DNA of 64,000 nt from an uncultured virus (IMG/VR IMGVR_UViG_3300032069_000001) (IMGVR_UViG_3300032069_000001:33214-97213); one strand, 5' to 3'. Shown: positions 10,252-20,097, counted from the stretch's first letter. A program made the numbers and translations. The notes: generated by a model from the sequence alone, not told the origin.

Positions 10252-10513
10252 TAGTAAAACGCTTTATTTTATCTTATCTTATAAGAGATAATACGCCTGC
10301 TACCGTATAGCATTTAAGCAAGCGAAAACCCTTATAGTATATAGCGTTTTAAGCATATTCTTAATAGTTATTATTCTTAATTACTAATAACTAATAAGCT
10401 ATATAAATTAAGACGTTTTAAGCATATTAAGAATAAGCTATATACTATATAGCATATTACATTTTTAGCATATTAAGAAAATAAATTTATTTTTGAAAAA
10501 ATACGATTTACTA

Positions 10514-10541
10514 TTGACAATTAGGAAATAAGTGTTATAAT
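10514..10541 (+). promoter_or_regulatory. sigma70/sigmaA consensus early promoter (rightward)
   Basis: TTGACA-16nt-TATAAT with extended TG and an AT-rich upstream tract. Confidence 0.85.
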
Positions 10542-10643
10542 ATATTATGAGAAGGGATAAGAAAAGATGAGAAAAGAAAAAAAAGAAAATAAAAAAATCA
10601 AAGAGCCCGAGAAAATAAAAACAGCGGGCAAAGGAGCGGAAAA

Positions 10644-11735
10644 ATGAAAACGGAAATAAAAGCAGTAGCCGACAAGTTTAAAGAATTGCAGGACATAAAC
10701 AAAGTAGCAAAGGCATTGAGCATACATATAAGCAATGCTTACAGACGTTTAGCCCAAGCCCGAGCATTAGGACTGCTTGACGATAAGAAGCCCGCCGACG
10801 CTTCCGAGCTTACCGACAATAACCCTATTACAAGCGAGGACGCCGTTTTTTATCCCGCCGATTTTATCCCGAAAACAGACGACCCCGATATTTTAAACTA
10901 TAAGCCCCGCCCCGAGTATAAAATTATGGTTGACGCTTTAGAGCACGGCGAAAATGTTATGTTGATAGGCGAAGCGGGCACGGGCAAAACAAGCGGAGTT
11001 AAATTTTACGCAAGCCAAGCGAAGCTTCCTTTTTTACATATCTCTTGTGATAATCTTTTAGAGTTTGGCGAGGTTTTAGGTTATCAAGGATTGAAAAACG
11101 GCAATACTCATTTTACGGAAGGGGCATTGATAAAGCTTGCTTGCGAAAATCCTGCAATAGTTTTATTTGATGAAATTACAATGATTGACGCAGGCAAAAA
11201 CGGACGCCTGAACGTGTTTGCAGAAAATAGGAAATTTTTTGTAAAAGAAGCGAACGGCGGGGCAGGGCGATATTACACGCTACACCCGAAAACAAAAATA
11301 GTATTTGCAGGCAACCCGCCGACAGCTTTATATGTAGGGGCGGGCAAGCTTAACATTGCTTTAATATCCCGAACACGTGTAATATGGACGCCGACCTTTA
11401 CGCCCGCCGAATTGAAAAGAATTTTTAACGGCGAGCCGAGAAGCGACGAGGTAATTAAATTTTACACGGAAGCAAAGGAAGCCATTGAAACGCAAAAATT
11501 AAGGACGACATTTTCAATAAGAGACGTTAAAAAAATATTTGACGCCTTAAAGCGAGGTTATAGCATTAAGGACGCCTTAACGACAAGCTACCTTAACGCC
11601 GTGAAAATGACCGCAGGGCAGGAAGTTTATGACAGCTTTTTAAAATTATCTTTAATGATATTTAAGCAAGCAGACGAAAAAAATAAAACGCCCGCAGACC
11701 CGAACGCAGAAGCGGACAAGGGAGCGACGAAATGA
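10644..11735 (+). CDS. CobS/MoxR-like AAA+ ATPase with N-terminal HTH
   Basis: GEAGTGKT Walker A, VLFDEI Walker B, FAGNP sensor 1, ALISR arginine finger. Confidence 0.85.
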   Translation: MKTEIKAVADKFKELQDINKVAKALSIHISNAYRRLAQARALGLLDDKKPADASELTDNNPITSEDAVFYPADFIPKTDDPDILNYKPRPEYKIMVDALEHGENVMLIGEAGTGKTSGVKFYASQAKLPFLHISCDNLLEFGEVLGYQGLKNGNTHFTEGALIKLACENPAIVLFDEITMIDAGKNGRLNVFAENRKFFVKEANGGAGRYYTLHPKTKIVFAGNPPTALYVGAGKLNIALISRTRVIWTPTFTPAELKRIFNGEPRSDEVIKFYTEAKEAIETQKLRTTFSIRDVKKIFDALKRGYSIKDALTTSYLNAVKMTAGQEVYDSFLKLSLMIFKQADEKNKTPADPNAEADKGATK

Positions 11736-13531
11736 AAAACAGAGACCTTGAAATTTTAGCCAGAGCATTAAGCAAAAATACTGGTATAAATATTTTTTTC
11801 AAAGGCGAGGGAGCTTACACGGACGGCAATAATATTTATTTACCCGAGAATATTAACCCCGATATTATTGAGCCCTTACTTGCGACGCTATTGCACGAAG
11901 CATACCACATTAAGCATACGCAGTTTACCATTGAAATACACCCCGAGACATTAAAATTTATTGCTAACGCATTAGAGGATATAAGAATTGACGCCCGAGC
12001 CATTGGCGATTATAACGGGGCACGTGATTTATACAAAAAACTAATTGACTACTACAGCCGAACATTGCACAGCCCCGAAGCCGTAGCAAAGGCAGACAAG
12101 GGAATTTTAGCCCTTAAGGATTTAATATTGAAAGGTTATGGAGCGGACTTTTACGACGCTTACAAGGCGACACGTCCCGACGTTTTAGAGCTTCACGCCA
12201 AGCACGCCGAGCTTTTTGACTACATCATTAAGAAAGTAAAAGAAGCAAAGAACACGGACGACCTTAAACAATACGCTTTAAAAATACACGACGTAATTTT
12301 TGGACATTTAAAAGAGCAAGCGGAAAAAGAAAAGCAGGAAGCTAAAGAACAGGCAAAGCAGGCGAGACAGGGAGCAGGACAAGCAGGCAAAGACGCCGAC
12401 GCCAAGCAGGACGCCGTAAACGAGCTTTACGAAAAAGCCGACGACGTTAAAAGGGAGCATAACAAAAAAGCGGGAGCGTATAAGCGAGCGAAAGACCCCG
12501 AGAAGCAAAAAGAGCTTGAAAAGGAAATGAACGAGCTTAAAAAAGATTTTGAACAAAAGAAAAAAGAGCTTGACAAGGCGAACAAAGAAAGAGACAACGC
12601 CCGAGAAAATGCACGCCGAGCCCAAAACAACGCCGACGAAAAAGAAAGGCGAGCCGATAATAATAATCTTGACAGGGAGCTTGATAATATTATTGACGAA
12701 ATAGCGGGAGCGGATATTGAGTATAAGAACGAAAAGGGGCAAAACGTGAAAGCGACGGCGGGCGACCTTGCGGGATACGGTTTAAACGGTTTAAATAACG
12801 GCGACCTTGTAGCCCCGCCAGACGCTAAATTATGGACGGAAATAAGCTTTAGCGTAAAAGAATTATTTTTACAATTCTTAAAAAATCACAAAGCACAGCC
12901 CCGAATACATCAGCAGGGAAAAATTAACGCTAAAAGAATACATCAATATTTTGACCTTGACCATTTATTTAAACAATACAAAAAAGACGCTATAAAGCCG
13001 ACCGAGCTAATTTTTGTTTTAGATAATAGCGGGAGTATGAAAGGCAATAATAAAAGAGAAACGACAATAAACGCATTTTTGGAGCTTCACAAAGCCATTG
13101 ACGAAGCAATTTACAACGGCGATATAAACGCCGATACGTTTAAATATTCTGTTATGCTTTTTGGACGTGAAGCGGAATATTTTAAAACATTTGACGAGGA
13201 ATTTAACGAAAATAACTTTAGGAAAAATTATACTTGCGAGGAAGGAAGCACGAACATTGAGCCCGCTATAAATTTAATTGAAAAAGACGAGCCAGACACG
13301 AACACAAAAAGAATTGTTATTATTTTAACCGACGGCGAATTACAATTTGATAATTATGAAAAGCTTTATAAAACTATTGACGACAGCCCCGCAAAGTATA
13401 TTTTAATTGGAATAATGCACAGCGGACACGACAGAGACGGCGACCTTGCGAAAAGGTTTGAAAGCTATAATATAAGAGATATTAAAGAGCTTGACGACGT
13501 ATTTTTAAAAGCTATTGAGGAAAACATTTAA
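11732..13531 (+). CDS. CobT-like protein: HExxH metallopeptidase-like N-domain, coiled coil, vWA domain
   Basis: AYTDG, LLHEAYH, NALEDIRI; MIDAS DNSGSM, GST, LTDG. Confidence 0.85.
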   Translation: MKNRDLEILARALSKNTGINIFFKGEGAYTDGNNIYLPENINPDIIEPLLATLLHEAYHIKHTQFTIEIHPETLKFIANALEDIRIDARAIGDYNGARDLYKKLIDYYSRTLHSPEAVAKADKGILALKDLILKGYGADFYDAYKATRPDVLELHAKHAELFDYIIKKVKEAKNTDDLKQYALKIHDVIFGHLKEQAEKEKQEAKEQAKQARQGAGQAGKDADAKQDAVNELYEKADDVKREHNKKAGAYKRAKDPEKQKELEKEMNELKKDFEQKKKELDKANKERDNARENARRAQNNADEKERRADNNNLDRELDNIIDEIAGADIEYKNEKGQNVKATAGDLAGYGLNGLNNGDLVAPPDAKLWTEISFSVKELFLQFLKNHKAQPRIHQQGKINAKRIHQYFDLDHLFKQYKKDAIKPTELIFVLDNSGSMKGNNKRETTINAFLELHKAIDEAIYNGDINADTFKYSVMLFGREAEYFKTFDEEFNENNFRKNYTCEEGSTNIEPAINLIEKDEPDTNTKRIVIILTDGELQFDNYEKLYKTIDDSPAKYILIGIMHSGHDRDGDLAKRFESYNIRDIKELDDVFLKAIEENI

Positions 13532-13624
13532 CGGACAAAGCGGGGAGCACAGGGCGGGCACGGACGGACACAGCCCCCGCCCAAGCCCCGCAAAGCCCGC
13601 CAGAGCGGGCAAAGGAGCGAAAAA

Positions 13625-14101
13625 ATGAGCAATCTAACAGAGCAAGCCAAAAGATTTACGGAAAAGAAAAGCATTAACGCCTTAATTGGCGGGAGCTTGA
13701 CCGTAAAAGAAGCGGACACGGACACCGAGACCGCAAGCAAGCCCGAGACAGCAGGCAAGGGAGCGAGCCGATACTTTAGGTACGCCCGCAAAGACGAGCC
13801 CGCACAGGACACAGCGGAAACCAGCAGAGGCGACGACAGCGAGATAAAAGGCACGGCGAAAAATAAGAATATTAAGAAAAATAAGAACGCCGAGCCCGAT
13901 TTTAGTAATGTTGACCCGATATTTTTTGTTGAGCCGTTTAATAAGTGTTGTTTTTGCGACGAACGAGACCCGAGAAATTTAACAGCAGTAATAAGCGAAC
14001 TTGCGAGCTACTGCGATAAACATTGGGAAAGCCGTTATTTAATTAAGCAAGGTTTGCTTTTAACAACGGGCAAGCCCGAGACAAAGGGAGCGACGAAATG
14101 A
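13625..14101 (+). CDS. hypothetical early protein (Cys motif)
   Basis: AAGGAG RBS; CCFC...YCDKH. Confidence 0.6.
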   Translation: MSNLTEQAKRFTEKKSINALIGGSLTVKEADTDTETASKPETAGKGASRYFRYARKDEPAQDTAETSRGDDSEIKGTAKNKNIKKNKNAEPDFSNVDPIFFVEPFNKCCFCDERDPRNLTAVISELASYCDKHWESRYLIKQGLLLTTGKPETKGATK

Positions 14102-14283
14102 AAACAGCGACGGCAGGACATAAGCCGAGCATTTACGCCGAGAAGCCAGACGGCGAGCTTTACGGACTTTTGACAAAGTATTTTAACGAAGCCCGAGAAA
14201 AGCCGAGCCGTGTTTTTTATTACTTAAAGCAATGTTATTTAATAGAGCGGGAATTTAAAGCCCGCAAGGGAGCGAGAAAATGA
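14098..14283 (+). CDS. hypothetical early protein
   Basis: ATGA-coupled, shared RBS cassette. Confidence 0.55.
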   Translation: MKTATAGHKPSIYAEKPDGELYGLLTKYFNEAREKPSRVFYYLKQCYLIEREFKARKGARK

Positions 14284-14417
14284 CCTTTTCACTTTTAGCA
14301 TTACTTACAGCGATTTTAATTGCAATAGGTTTGCTTAAATGCACGGACGCCGAAACCGTAAAAGCCGACGAGCCAAGACACCAAGAGACCGACGAAAACC
14401 CGTTAAAACGAATTTAA
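14280..14417 (+). CDS. small membrane or lipoprotein-like peptide
   Basis: MTFSLLALLTAILIAIGLLKC..., 45 aa, ATGA-coupled; not in the track. Confidence 0.5.
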   Translation: MTFSLLALLTAILIAIGLLKCTDAETVKADEPRHQETDENPLKRI

Positions 14418-14458
14418 GAAAGGTTTTTAAGCCGAGAAAACGGCAAAGGAGCGATAAA

Positions 14459-14908
14459 ATGAAAAACGAAGCGAAAGACGAGAAGCTTAAAAAGTATAAC
14501 GACCCGCTTGTTTACAGTAGCACAGAATTATTTGAAGCTATTGACACGATACCGATACCGCACCCATATTGCATAACGCCCCGCCATATTGCAACGGCGA
14601 GCGATAAGCACAGCGGAATTTTAGACGCCGACGCCATAAGAGACGCCGAGAAAACTAACAAAGCCGTTTGTGATATTTGCAAGCATATAAATAAAAAAGA
14701 CCCGAGTAAACCGATTTTATCTTATGACGAGCACGGGCAAGCTTTACTTTTAGCAGTTAAAAGCGACAAAGAGCTTAAAGACATACCCGAGTTAAAAGAT
14801 TATTTGCTTGAAATTAAGCCCTTACTTATTACCGATAATTTTCAGGGCATAGCATTTAAACAGATTAAGCCCGCCGAAGCCGAAGCGAGCAAGGGAGCGG
14901 AAAAATGA
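14459..14908 (+). CDS. hypothetical early protein
   Basis: start moved to MKNEAK after AAGGAG; PHPYCI...CDIC..H possible metal ligands. Confidence 0.65.
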   Translation: MKNEAKDEKLKKYNDPLVYSSTELFEAIDTIPIPHPYCITPRHIATASDKHSGILDADAIRDAEKTNKAVCDICKHINKKDPSKPILSYDEHGQALLLAVKSDKELKDIPELKDYLLEIKPLLITDNFQGIAFKQIKPAEAEASKGAEK

Positions 14909-15108
14909 AAAAAGATATTTTAGAGCTTAATAAACTGATAGCAGACCTAAAAATTGAGCTTTACCATTTATTATTAGTAAAAGCGGAAAAAACAAAAAAC
15001 AATCTTACGAATAACGAAATTGATATTGCTTTTAAATTGGCGGGCGATAAAGATATTCAAAATCTTTTAAAAGCAAAAATGCAAGCCAAAAAAAAGGGAG
15101 CTGATTAA
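14905..15108 (+). CDS. hypothetical early protein
   Basis: ATGA-coupled ORF. Confidence 0.55.
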   Translation: MKKDILELNKLIADLKIELYHLLLVKAEKTKNNLTNNEIDIAFKLAGDKDIQNLLKAKMQAKKKGAD

Positions 15109-15109
15109 A

Positions 15110-16072
15110 ATGGAAAACGCCGAGATTTTAAGACCAAAAAAATTGAGCGACTTTATAGGCAAGCCAAAACTTAAGCTTGTTTTAAATGCAATGATTGAAG
15201 CGACAAAGAGCCGAGCCGAGCCCATAGACCATATTTTATTTACAGGCAACGCAGGATTAGGAAAAACAACGCTTGCGAAAATCATTGCTAATGAGCTTCA
15301 CAAAGACATTAAAGCAATGATAGGCAATAACATCAATGAAAGCATTGCCCGAGAACTTACAACGCTTAAGGACGGCGATATTTTATTCATTGACGAAATA
15401 CACAGAATACCGACGAAATGGCAAGAGCTTCTTTATCCTGCAATGGAAAGCTTTAAAACGTTTTACAACGTAGGAAATAGACGCTTTAGCACAAACATTG
15501 AAATTGACACGCCCCGCTTTACTTTAATTGGAGCGACAACGGACATAGGACTTTTAACAAAGCCCTTGCGAGACCGTTTTGGAATTGTTTTTGAGCTTGA
15601 CCCTTACACGATAGACGAGCTTAAAAAGATTATTGAAAATAATATTTTGACGCTTGACTTAAAGCTTAAGCCCCTGCAATTTGACGACATAAGCACAGCG
15701 ATAGCACAGCGGGCACGCTTTACGCCGAGAATTGCTAACAATCTTTTAAAACGTATAAGAGATTTTACAGCGGGCGACGTCAACGACATCACGCTTGACC
15801 GTGTTTTAAGAGTTTTTGAAATACTTGAAATCAACGAAAACGGAATTGACAGCAACGACATTAAATATTTAACGCTACTTGAAAAATACGGGATACCTTT
15901 AGGCATTACTAATTTATCAGCGAGCACGGGCATTGACAGAACGACTGTTGAAAGAGTTATTGAGCCGTATTTATTGCAAAACGAATATATCTTAAGAACG
16001 GGCAGGGGGCGAATTATAACACAAAAAGGAAAAGACGTTATTAAGAATATTAAGAAAGGGGGCAAGGTATGA
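15110..16072 (+). CDS. ruvB: Holliday junction branch-migration helicase RuvB homolog
   Basis: LRP...FIG, GNAGLGKTT, DILFIDEIHR, LYPAME, FTLIGATT, PLRDRFG, TPRIAN.LL.R.RDF, EPYLLQ, RTGRGR. Confidence 0.93.
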   Translation: MENAEILRPKKLSDFIGKPKLKLVLNAMIEATKSRAEPIDHILFTGNAGLGKTTLAKIIANELHKDIKAMIGNNINESIARELTTLKDGDILFIDEIHRIPTKWQELLYPAMESFKTFYNVGNRRFSTNIEIDTPRFTLIGATTDIGLLTKPLRDRFGIVFELDPYTIDELKKIIENNILTLDLKLKPLQFDDISTAIAQRARFTPRIANNLLKRIRDFTAGDVNDITLDRVLRVFEILEINENGIDSNDIKYLTLLEKYGIPLGITNLSASTGIDRTTVERVIEPYLLQNEYILRTGRGRIITQKGKDVIKNIKKGGKV

Positions 16073-16641
16073 ACTATCAAGACCGTTTTAAAAATGTAAA
16101 TTCTTTTCAAGGGGGGCGAAATATGAGCAAAGCAGGGAGCACGGAAATTGAAGCAGTAAAGGAATTGGCATTGATACAAAAACAAAAAGCTATTGAGCTT
16201 TTTAATAACATTGGCGAGGTTAAAGCCGTAATTTATTTTGTTGACAGGCAAAAACGGCAGGGGATTATCCCTGTTTTTCAGCTTAACGCCCCAAAAGAAA
16301 TACAGCGGGCAATAGTCAACGACATTTTAAACGACGTTAAGCCCGCCGTAGTTATTTTTATATCCGAAGCATACGCCTTAAGTGGCGACAAAGAGCACCC
16401 CTTGACGCCCGAGCAGTTAGCCGAAGCCGAAAAAAACGGACTTAAGGACATAACAGGGCGAAAGGAAATACTTATTATAAACGCCGAAAGCAAAAATTGC
16501 AGTTATACCGTGAGTATTGAAATAAACAGAGACCCGACAGGCAAGGGAACTTTAGGACAAGAGCATTATTTAATTAAAAACGGCAAAGCTACCGACAGCA
16601 GAGATATAAATAAATTTATTAACCCTGCTATTTTTGAGTAA
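16069..16641 (+). CDS. hypothetical early protein
   Basis: 190 aa; alternative start at 16123. Confidence 0.6.
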   Translation: MNYQDRFKNVNSFQGGRNMSKAGSTEIEAVKELALIQKQKAIELFNNIGEVKAVIYFVDRQKRQGIIPVFQLNAPKEIQRAIVNDILNDVKPAVVIFISEAYALSGDKEHPLTPEQLAEAEKNGLKDITGRKEILIINAESKNCSYTVSIEINRDPTGKGTLGQEHYLIKNGKATDSRDINKFINPAIFE

Positions 16642-16719
16642 TGGGGGCATTTATGAGTAATAGGAGCACTTTAAGAATAAGAAACAATATGAAAAATACT
16701 TTAAAATAAGGGGGGCAAA

Positions 16720-16935
16720 ATGTTTAATATTTATTCTGATTGGGAAAAATATCACAATGTTGAAATATCAACGCCATTATCACAAGAGACAATTATAATT
16801 ATAAGACCTTTTGACAAAAGTAAAAAAGTAATAACTTTTAGCGTCAATACAAGGGAAATAATGAAAAGGGGATTAAAAAGAACTGTAAATAAATTATTAA
16901 AAGGGGGGAGCTATGAAAATAAGAGCACAGTATAA
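16720..16935 (+). CDS. hypothetical early protein
   Basis: G-rich RBS. Confidence 0.5.
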   Translation: MFNIYSDWEKYHNVEISTPLSQETIIIIRPFDKSKKVITFSVNTREIMKRGLKRTVNKLLKGGSYENKSTV

Positions 16936-17323
16936 AGGAAAAAAAGAAAGCTACAAAATGGATAAGCTTACTTTTGCCGAGTTTATGCGAATATACCGAC
17001 CGAACGGCACAGGGAGCATTGGAATAATGGTTGACGGAAAAATGGACTTGATTGACGAAATAACCGAAGTAGTTTGCGACTTTTGCAACGACGAAATCCC
17101 GCCGAGCACTTGCGAAGCGGACAAATGCAACGGCAAAACCAGAACAGCGGGCACAGCTTGCGACCTGCAAGAAAATTGTCAGCACAAAAAGCAAAGCACT
17201 ATTTACATCACAGGCACTTATGCTTTTTGTCAAAAATGTTTTGACGAAAGCTATGAAATTGTTGAACGAGACCCGAACGACTTGAAGCTTAAGACGATAA
17301 AGACAGAAGGAGGAAAACAATGA
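16913..17323 (+). CDS. Cys-rich zinc-binding protein
   Basis: CDFC...CQKC plus four further Cys. Confidence 0.6.
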   Translation: MKIRAQYKGKKESYKMDKLTFAEFMRIYRPNGTGSIGIMVDGKMDLIDEITEVVCDFCNDEIPPSTCEADKCNGKTRTAGTACDLQENCQHKKQSTIYITGTYAFCQKCFDESYEIVERDPNDLKLKTIKTEGGKQ

Positions 17324-17628
17324 AAACAAAAGAAAAGAAAGCCGAACAGTTAAGTTTTCTTGATAATTTTAAGAATATCAAGAAAACCGAGAAAGCCAAG
17401 CCCGCAGGAGCGAGCGACGAGAAAAAGGGAGCTTGTCAACGGTGTGGACGAACATTGACGAGACCCGAGAGCATACAGGCGGGATATGGCGAGACGTGTT
17501 ATAAAAAGATACACGGCACAGGATTTACAACGTCAACGAGACGAGCGAGAAAGCCCGAGCCCATTGACGAGAGACAAGGAAAGCTTTTTGACGACAAAGG
17601 GGGCGAGAACAATGGCAATAAAAAGTAA
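17320..17628 (+). CDS. DUF6011-like zinc-binding protein
   Basis: CQRCGRTLTRPESIQAGYGETC. Confidence 0.7.
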   Translation: MKTKEKKAEQLSFLDNFKNIKKTEKAKPAGASDEKKGACQRCGRTLTRPESIQAGYGETCYKKIHGTGFTTSTRRARKPEPIDERQGKLFDDKGGENNGNKK

Positions 17629-17791
17629 AGTTATCAATCAAAGTGAAATGACGGGCGAGTGTTGGAATATTCAATTTTGGGGAAAAGAAGCTTGCGAAAA
17701 ATGCGAATACAAAAACACGAAACAATGCGGGGGCAAGGCAATAAGAAAAACAGGCAAAAATGCGAACGGTTTTAAAATACCGCTTAATTAA
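17612..17791 (+). CDS. small Cys-rich protein
   Basis: start moved to MAIKSK; C..CEKC..C. Confidence 0.55.
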   Translation: MAIKSKVINQSEMTGECWNIQFWGKEACEKCEYKNTKQCGGKAIRKTGKNANGFKIPLN

Positions 17792-17805
17792 AGGGGGTGT
17801 TTAAT

Positions 17806-18084
17806 ATGCACTTTACGATTGAACTACCGAGAACTGTAAAAGGTTTGAAATGTGGCAGATGTAGCGAACAAAAACACGAGCCCGTTATTAACGCACACGA
17901 CGGTTTTACGGGTGTTAGCGGGAACTGTTGCTTGACCTGTATAAAAGAGCTTCTTATTGTTGCGAACACGACAAAAGAAAATCCTGCATTTATGGAGCTT
18001 CAAAAGAGACGAAAAGAAGCCGAGCAAAAGAAAAAGGAAATTAAAAAAGCAGGAAAATTCAAAGTGGAGCTGTTAAAACTATGA
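17806..18084 (+). CDS. zinc-binding hypothetical protein
   Basis: CGRC...CLTC; GGGGGTG RBS. Confidence 0.55.
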   Translation: MHFTIELPRTVKGLKCGRCSEQKHEPVINAHDGFTGVSGNCCLTCIKELLIVANTTKENPAFMELQKRRKEAEQKKKEIKKAGKFKVELLKL

Positions 18085-18255
18085 TTTATAAAGTGATTGT
18101 AAAGAAAGAAAAGAGAAACGTGATTTTTGCGATTATTAGGGAGCTTAACATTGCCCTTGAAATAATCAAGTATTGGAAAAAGAAAGGTTTTACTGCCGAG
18201 CTTTTAGGCGGGAAGCCGAAAAGACGGCAATAATTTATCACGGGGGGTGGAGAAA

Positions 18256-18627
18256 ATGTTATATAAAGCGATTTGCGACGGGGATATTGGAATTAAGGGA
18301 ACGCCGAAAATAAAAAGCGACAAGCAAAACGGATATAAACAGACAGCTTGCTATTTTGTTGACAGTAGCGGTTTTGGACGTGATGACGAGCTTGCTTTAC
18401 CGTTTGCAAAGTTTTTAAAACAAGTTAAAAAGGGATATTATTACGGGATTGCGAAAGCGGGGCAATTTCAAGTTTATATTAACGAATACAAAAAAATTGA
18501 AGCTGATGATACGTCTTTGCTTAAGCTTGACAATAAAGAATACAAAATAAAAAAGAAAAAAAGAATAAGGTGCAAGATATGCGGGAACTTTCACGGCGAC
18601 GGCACTTATGGAAATTGCGGAAATTAA
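18256..18627 (+). CDS. hypothetical early protein
   Basis: FVDSSGFG..DE.AL and GQFQVYI segments. Confidence 0.6.
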   Translation: MLYKAICDGDIGIKGTPKIKSDKQNGYKQTACYFVDSSGFGRDDELALPFAKFLKQVKKGYYYGIAKAGQFQVYINEYKKIEADDTSLLKLDNKEYKIKKKKRIRCKICGNFHGDGTYGNCGN

Positions 18628-18644
18628 AAAGGGGGTGGTAAAAA

Positions 18645-19082
18645 ATGAATACTTTATACTTTGACCTTGAAACGTTTGGAATAACACAAAAGAGCTTAAA
18701 GCTTTTTCGTGATGAGATTTGCAAAAGAATTGAACACGAAATTGCAATATTCTGCGTGCCGACAGCGGATATTGTTTGCGGATTTTTGATTGTAGATAAA
18801 ACGACCAATGACTTGACTTGGACTGGAGACGGCTTCCGAAGTGATGAAGGGGGAGAAGGCGGGGCGGGATACCGAACGGCGAGAGAATTATTAAGAATTT
18901 TAGGAATACAGACGTTTGACTTAATGCTTGATGATATGCCGAAGCCGTTAGTAGAAAACGGAATTAGCAATGAAACGGAGCTTAAAAAACTTGTTAAGTA
19001 TGTTATGGATACTTACAAAGACGAGATACTTTATAATAAGCCCGCAAGCCATAACATAAGATATATAAGGTTAGACAAATAA
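18645..19082 (+). CDS. hypothetical early protein
   Basis: GDGFRSDEGGEGGAGY; cassette RBS. Confidence 0.65.
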   Translation: MNTLYFDLETFGITQKSLKLFRDEICKRIEHEIAIFCVPTADIVCGFLIVDKTTNDLTWTGDGFRSDEGGEGGAGYRTARELLRILGIQTFDLMLDDMPKPLVENGISNETELKKLVKYVMDTYKDEILYNKPASHNIRYIRLDK

Positions 19083-19103
19083 AATTAAAAGGGGGTGGTT
19101 TAA

Positions 19104-19514
19104 ATGACAAGGAAACAGGAAAGGAAAAAAGCAAAAGAAGTTTTAAAGGAGCTTAACGAATTAAAAAAGCTTTACGAAAAGGAAAAAGAGCAAAAGGACG
19201 TGTTAGTCAATCTTAAGACGCTAATATTGGACGGAAGCGACGACAAGCTTGGAGCTGAACTTGCGAAGCTTGACGGCGAGGTGCTTGCTGATTTGATAGG
19301 AGAAATTGCCCGAACAAAAAAGGTGTGGGTTGCGAACTGGTTTAATAAAGGACACGTTGAGGACTTGACGGGCGAAACCTTGACCGACGAACAAATGGCT
19401 GACTTTGTGAACTATGCAGAGGACGACACGGGGGAAATGGACGACATAAGCGAACACGTGAGCGAGATTTTTCAAAATGCCGTTGACGACGGAAGCATAA
19501 CGGGCAAAAAATAA
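19104..19514 (+). CDS. acidic hypothetical early protein
   Basis: cassette RBS; acidic C-terminal half. Confidence 0.6.
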   Translation: MTRKQERKKAKEVLKELNELKKLYEKEKEQKDVLVNLKTLILDGSDDKLGAELAKLDGEVLADLIGEIARTKKVWVANWFNKGHVEDLTGETLTDEQMADFVNYAEDDTGEMDDISEHVSEIFQNAVDDGSITGKK

Positions 19515-19643
19515 AAGGGGGTATTGTGAAAAATTATACAGGTGGCAAAACAAAATGTAAATATTATGATACTTGCGGAACTAAAGAAAATTGTGCAAGA
19601 TGTAAAGGATATGAAATAAAAGAACAAAAAGGGGGTGGTAAAA

Positions 19644-19856
19644 ATGACCTTAAAAGAAAAAATTAAGGAATTTTCACGGGAAATTGACCTATACGAGCTT
19701 GATAAAAATGATAAGCAAAAAATAAAGGACACGGGAAGCAGGGCAGACGTTTACATAAGCGGTATGGAGCGAGCATTTGAACTTGTTGCCGACTTAATAG
19801 AGGAATTTAAGGTTGATATTGACCTTGATACAAAAAGGAAAGTAAGAAAACAATAA
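19644..19856 (+). CDS. hypothetical early protein
   Basis: ATG after the GGGGGTGGTAAAA cassette. Confidence 0.55.
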   Translation: MTLKEKIKEFSREIDLYELDKNDKQKIKDTGSRADVYISGMERAFELVADLIEEFKVDIDLDTKRKVRKQ

Positions 19857-19872
19857 AAAGGGGGTGGTTAAA

Positions 19873-20082
19873 ATGGTTATGGCAATAGCTTATGGCAAAA
19901 AGAAAAAGAATTACAGGGTTGCTTTTACCGTTTATGCAACGGTTGAACTTGAAGCAAAAAACAAAGATGAAGCGGAAACAAAAGCAAAAGAGTATATGAA
20001 CGGCAAAGCTAATTTTGTTGACCATAAAGATTTTTACACGACAATAAAAGAAACAGAGTGTAATGACGTATTTAAAATTTAA
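19873..20082 (+). CDS. hypothetical early protein
   Basis: cassette RBS; VELEAKNKDEAE motif. Confidence 0.55.
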   Translation: MVMAIAYGKKKKNYRVAFTVYATVELEAKNKDEAETKAKEYMNGKANFVDHKDFYTTIKETECNDVFKI

Positions 20083-20097
20083 AAGGGGGTGGTTAAA

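Noticed and set aside
10644-13531. Cobaltochelatase (cobS/cobT) metabolic function
   Set aside because: No cobN or other cobalamin genes are present; the similarity is at the AAA+/vWA family level.
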